Assembly (NCBI GenBank): GCA_038087875.1
Contig: CM075977.1
Span: 250,046,001 to 250,110,000, forward strand
DNA from: Malacoraja senta
Lineage: Eukaryota
DNA: 64,000 nucleotides
Direction of reading: 5' to 3'
Shown: in pieces, positions 58,783 to 64,000 of the stretch
How the letters are laid out: each line of letters begins with the position of its first letter
Position numbering within the stretch: position 1 is the first letter of the stretch
The notes under the pieces: model-generated
What the model saw: the letters and a program-made list of their open reading frames with translations, nothing else
The model's database searches: none
Told to the model about the DNA's origin: nothing
Made by a program: the position numbers and the translations under genes

Positions 58783-61700
58783 CTATGTTTGTAATAATTC
58801 TATAAATGCAGACCACGTCAGGTGGAAGTGATCTGGTTTACCTGCTAGGAGGAGTCTTATCTCTTCTAGGTGTAGTGTTTCAAACATATTTGAAATCCAC
58901 ATATTTATAGTTGGTATTGGAGCCTTCTTCCAAAATTTTAGAATTAGCTTTTTTCCAGTTATTAACCCATAGTCCATTAATTTCTTTTGAAACACATTTA
59001 GTTCTGGATCATCTTCCGTTATTCCGAAGATAATCCATTCTGCTTTGGGTATCAGTCTTGTTTTAAATAACTTTGTAAAGATTTCAAAAATTTCATTCCA
59101 AAATTTTTGAATTTTTGTACAGAAGACGAATGAGTGCGCTATAGTAGCTTCTTGGGATTGACATTTATCACAAATAGATGATACGTTTGGGAAAATTTTA
59201 TGAATTTTAGTTTTCGAATAATATAATCTATGTAAAATTTTAAATTGTATTAAAGTGTGTCTTACATTAATCGAGCATTTATGCACATTTAATAAGTATT
59301 CATTCCAACTTTCCTTTGAAATTTTAATAGCTAACTCTTGTTCCCAGTCTTTTCTGATACCCTCCGTAGGTGGTATTTGTACATTTAAAATAATATTATA
59401 CAAATATGATATTAAGTTTGCTGATTCCGCTTTTATCTGCATTGCCTCGTCCAATACATCTACTGGGTTATTATAATGATCTTTTGTATATTTTTTCAAA
59501 TAGTCGCATATTTGAAAATATTTAAAATATTGATTATTTCCGAGTTTATATTTTATTTGTAATTGTTGAAATGAAAGTAATTTTCCAGTTTCATACAAGT
59601 CACCAAGCGTTTTAATTCCTAGTCTATCCCATTGTGTATAAGCTTTATCTATAATAGAAGGACTAAACGAAGGGTTATTGACTATAGGTAATAAAAGTGA
59701 TAAATTTCTTAATTTTAAATTTTGTTTTATTTGTTTCCAAATACGGATTGTACTATGAATAATTGGGTTCTTATTATAATTTATGTTATTCAGTTTCATT
59801 GGAGAGAGGAGGATCGCTCCAATGTTTCTAGAGGAGCAATCCTCTTTCTCCATTACAATCCAGTCTACTTGCTGGGCGGAGTTATCCATCAGTTGAATCA
59901 TGTTTTTAATATTTACTGACCAATAATAATACATAAAATTAGGTAGTGCTAAACCCCCCAATACTTTTGGTTTATTCAGATGAGTTTTTTGTATTCTATG
60001 TGATTTATAGTCCCATATAAAATTAGTGATATCTGAGTCAAGTTTTTTAAAAAACTTCTTAGGTAAGTATATAGGAATTGATTGAAATAGGTATAAAATT
60101 TGTGGTAAAAAGATCATTTTTATTGCGTTTATTCGGCCTATTAAAGACATCGGGAGCTTTTTCCAGAATTTAATTAGTGTATTTAATTTATTAAGTAGGG
60201 GGTCAAAATTTGCCCTGAACATACCTTGATATGTTCTGGTAATTTCGATTCCCAAATATTTAAATTTTTCTGTAGCTATTTTAAAAGGGAATTTTAAAAG
60301 ATGTGTTGAATCTTTCGGTTTTATTGACATAATTTCACTTTTATTCCAATTTATTCTATATCCAGAAAAAGATCCAAAGTCTTCAATTAAATTTAATATA
60401 TTTGGTATAGTGATTTGAGGTTTTGTTATATACAGTAATATATCATCCGCGTATAAAGATATTTTATTATATGAGTCTTTAGTATTATATCCATGAATAT
60501 CAGGGTGTATTCTAATTTTTTCTGCTAGCGGTTCAATAATGAGAGCAAACAGCTGTGGTGATAATGAGCATCCTTGTCTATTTCCCCTTGATAGTTGAAA
60601 TTTCGAGGATAATATGTTATTAGTTAGTATTCTAGCTGTAGGTTTGTTATATAGTAACTTAATCCATAAAATAAAATTCTCTCCCAGTTGAAATTTTTGT
60701 AATACTTTATCCATATAATTCCATTCTACTTGATCAAATGCTTTTTCAGCATCCAGCGAAATAATTGATAATTCTTGATCTTCAGATTTGTGTGAGTGCA
60801 TTATGTTGAGTAGACGTCTCATATTATTAGAAGAGTATCTCTTAGGGATAAACCCTGTCTGATCTGGGTTTATTAATTTACTAATGTATTTACTTAATCT
60901 TCTAGCTAATGTTTTCGCTAATATTTTTTGATCTGTGTTTAACAATGCTATAGCTCTATATGAACCAGGTTCTTCTAAATCTTTATTTTTCTTAGGTATT
61001 AATGTAATCGTTGATTCCGCTAATGTATCAGGTAGTATTCGTTTTTTAAAAGCGTATTGGTACATTTTTTGTAATCTTGGTATTAATTTATCATAAAAGC
61101 TTTTATAAAATTCATTAGTAAATCCATCAGGGCCTGGTGTTTTTCCATTCTTTAATGAGTTTATTGTATCTTCTAATTCCTTGATTGAGATTTGTGCACC
61201 CAGTTCCTCTTGTTCCTTCAGCTCTAACTTTGGAAGATTACAGGTATCCAAGAACTTTGTGATATTCTCGGAATCAATTATCGTTTTAGATGTATACAAA
61301 TTCTCGTAAAATTGCGCAAATCTTTTATTAATATCCTTTGGTGTTGTTAATAATTCCCCTTTATCTGATTTGATCTTTGGTATAGTATGTTCCTTTTCTC
61401 GTTTTTTTAGCTGGCGAGCCAAAAGTTTATGCGGTTTATCCCCAAATTCAAAGTGCTCTTGTTTTGTAATTTGAAAAAGTCTTATAAGTTTGGCAGATAA
61501 TAATTTATTTAATTTAAATTTTAAAATTATTATTTTATTATGTTTATCTATTGATGGATCTTTAGCATTATCTATATCCATTTGTCTAATAAGTTCTTCT
61601 AACTGTCTTTGTTCATTCTTATTCTTTTTATTTTGAAAAGCTTGATATGAAATTATAATACCCCTAATGTATGCTTTAAAAGATTCCCAAAATAAAGTAG

Positions 61701-62574
61701 GCGATATATCTGAAGTATCATTTGTTTGAAAAAAGACCTCCATTTGTTCTTTTAAATATATACTCGCTTGTGGATCTTTTAAAATTTGAGAATTAAATCT
61801 CCAGAACGATTTATTCTTAGACAATCCTTCCAGTTTTAAAAAGAAAGTTAGTGGGGAATGGTCTGAAATTGAATTTGTATGGTATATTGCATTAGATGTT
61901 TGGGGGATTAATTTTGTATCCAGCAGAAAGTAGTCTATACGTGAGTATGTCTTATGTACCATTGAGTAAAACGAATATTCCCTGCCAGTTGGATTAACAA
62001 TTCTCCAAACATCTGCTATATTAGTATTATTTATATAGGTATTGAGGAGTTCCCCAGTTTTCGATTTCATATTCCCTCTCTGTTTTTGACTTGATTTATC
62101 TAAGTACGGGTCTAAAACACAGTTAAAGTCTCCTCCTATTATAACATTTTGATAGTTTGACTCTGCAATTATGTTGAAAATTTTATTGAAAAAGTGGGGG
62201 TTATCAAAGTTAGGGGCATATATATTTACCAAAGTAAGTGGAGTGTCATGGATTTCTCCATTAACTATTAGGTATCTCCCTTCTATATCTGTTATAATAT
62301 TCTTTGCTTTAAATGGTATACCTTTTCTTATGATGATTGACGTGCCTCTAGATTTTGAAGTAAATTAAGAATGGTATGTTTGACCTATCCATTTCGCCCT
62401 CAGTCTAACTTGGTCCTGAGGTTTTAGGTGTGTTTCTTGTAGGAAGGTAATGTCAGAGTTGTACAGTTTCAGCTGAGATAATATCTTACCCCTTTTAATA
62501 GGTTCGTTAATACCTCTTATATTCCAACTACAAAATGAGATTCCTCCGAGGTTCTTTTGTGTGGTGTCATGCAT
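58783..62574 (-). CDS. L1 ORF2p (APE endonuclease, RT, Cys-rich domain), 1263 codons with one in-frame TAA at 62365-62367
   Basis: SWNIRG, FLQETH, GGDFN, SRIDY, SDHSP, DAEKAFD, RQGCSLSP and YADD motifs; the two ORF-track segments are in the same frame. Confidence 0.9.
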
Positions 62575-63386
62575 TTTGAATAATTATAGTACCTTTGAAT
62601 CTTGTGGTGCGTCCATATCCCAGGTCTTTAGGTATTGGGGGAGTTTTTGAATTATTAAATGTTGCTGGTATGTCCATATTACTCTTATCACTAAACACAA
62701 AACACAAACAAGTGGTTTTATGTGGTAAAAAAAAAACTAAAAAAGTGAGGCTACAGTGTCTAATATAGTCGGCACTGTAGCGAGTGTCCCACCTGTAGGT
62801 GGGAAAAAACCTTGTTTTGACTTCCATTGCGTTGTTACACAAATAGCTCCGCTCTCTTAGTTAATCATAACATATTAAAATATTAAAACGAGGCCTCACA
62901 TTCAGATATATAATACAATTTTACCCTGATATTTCCTTATAACATATATATATATATCGGAGTTTAATTATTAAACCAATATTTTTGACTTCAATAAGAA
63001 TCAACTGTTGGTTGAAGGGGTTAACGAGACGTGCCCCTGGACATAAGCCAGGTGCTCGTTTCTCATCCCCTCCTCCCACTTATAGATAAGGTTACAATTT
63101 ATTAAAAATTCATATTAGTATGTTAGTTCATTATTTTTTCTTTTTGTTTTGTTAGTATTCTAATCTAACCTACATAACTTGTTAAGTTGTTAATAGGATA
63201 AGTTCTTACAATTGGTTATAATATTTTAATCAATAAGCAATTATTTTCTGGTTTATATTCCGACTGTTCAGTTATTTACACGTTTTGAACAGAAAATGTC
63301 CTTGATTCAACATTCCAAAGATAACAGTGTAACTATCCCCAGACAAAGCATTACTTAGGATTGTACAGATCTGCCAAAACACCCTT

Positions 63387-64000
63387 TCATTTCTGTTTTT
63401 CAACGATAGTTTGGGCATATTTGAATGCGTCTTCAGGCTTAACAAATGACTATTCAAGACCATTAAAGGAAATACGCATTTTCGCGGGGTAAAAAAACCC
63501 AAATCTGATCCCTTCTCTCCCTCTTAAAAGATCTTTAACCTTATCAAATTTGTTTCTTTATTGCACAATTTCATACGGGTAGTCCCTGAATATCTTAATA
63601 GTGTCCATCCGCAGTTGTACACCATATTTGATTTTGCTCATAACATATTCCAGTTCTACAGTATCCCGAAATTTCACAATAATATGTCGTGGATAAGCTT
63701 TTCCCGCACCAGATCTTTGTTTAAATCTTGGGACACGATGAGCCACTTCGATTTTCGGTTCCTTGGAAAGATTCAACAGTTGTTTCAACAAGCCCATGGC
63801 AAATTCACGTACCTGCTCCCCTTCTGCCCCCTCTGAAACACCAAGAATTCTCAAATTCTGGCGTCTAGAGCGAGCTTCCAGGTCCAGGCATTTGGCTGAG
63901 ACTTTCTCCAGTTGAGTCACCATCTGTAGTGAAGCTTGTTCGTTTTCTCGCCTCATTTGCTCATATTCTTGCCTCAGTTTCGCCATGTCTTCAACCACTC
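63387..64000 (-). pseudogene. L1 ORF1p (coiled coil-RRM-CTD), partial, with two in-frame stops
   Basis: LEARSRRQNLRILGV.EG, IEVAHRV, PRHIIVKF, IFRDYP and FFYPAKMRI motifs. Confidence 0.85.

Larger units (their letters stand above)
58356..64000 (-). mobile_element. Young near-full-length L1 (L1-A), continuing past the window end
   Basis: ORF1, 812-nt spacer, ORF2 (EN-RT-Cys), 3'UTR and A-rich tail. Confidence 0.93.

Overview
Vertebrate genomic DNA, most likely from a cartilaginous fish (skate/ray); this is inferred from the CR1, tRNA-SINE and Penelope repeat content. The window holds one complete 24-exon gene on the minus strand, SMARCA5 (SNF2H, the ISWI chromatin-remodelling ATPase), with CDS from 54442 down to 5893. 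All introns are GT-AG and the phases of exons 2-24 join into a 997-aa frame. Its CpG-island promoter has a tandemly duplicated CRE module and a BANP motif. Introns and flanks are dense in transposons: CR1, L1, L2, Penelope-like elements, tRNA-SINEs, a Helitron, a Tc1 and several MITEs. The most notable observations are: (1) a degenerate copy of exon 19 with an intact acceptor and an in-frame stop inside intron 15, a possible poison exon; (2) exon 1 is 1 nt out of frame with exon 2, which is either an assembly indel or an overlapping uORF; (3) minimal hammerhead-ribozyme cores in Penelope-derived repeats, some of which moved as short TSD-flanked units; (4) a Helitron carrying nested cargo; (5) a nested CR1/L1/L1 stack upstream of the promoter with a templated inversion. 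Repeat family names come from pattern recognition only; no database searches were run.
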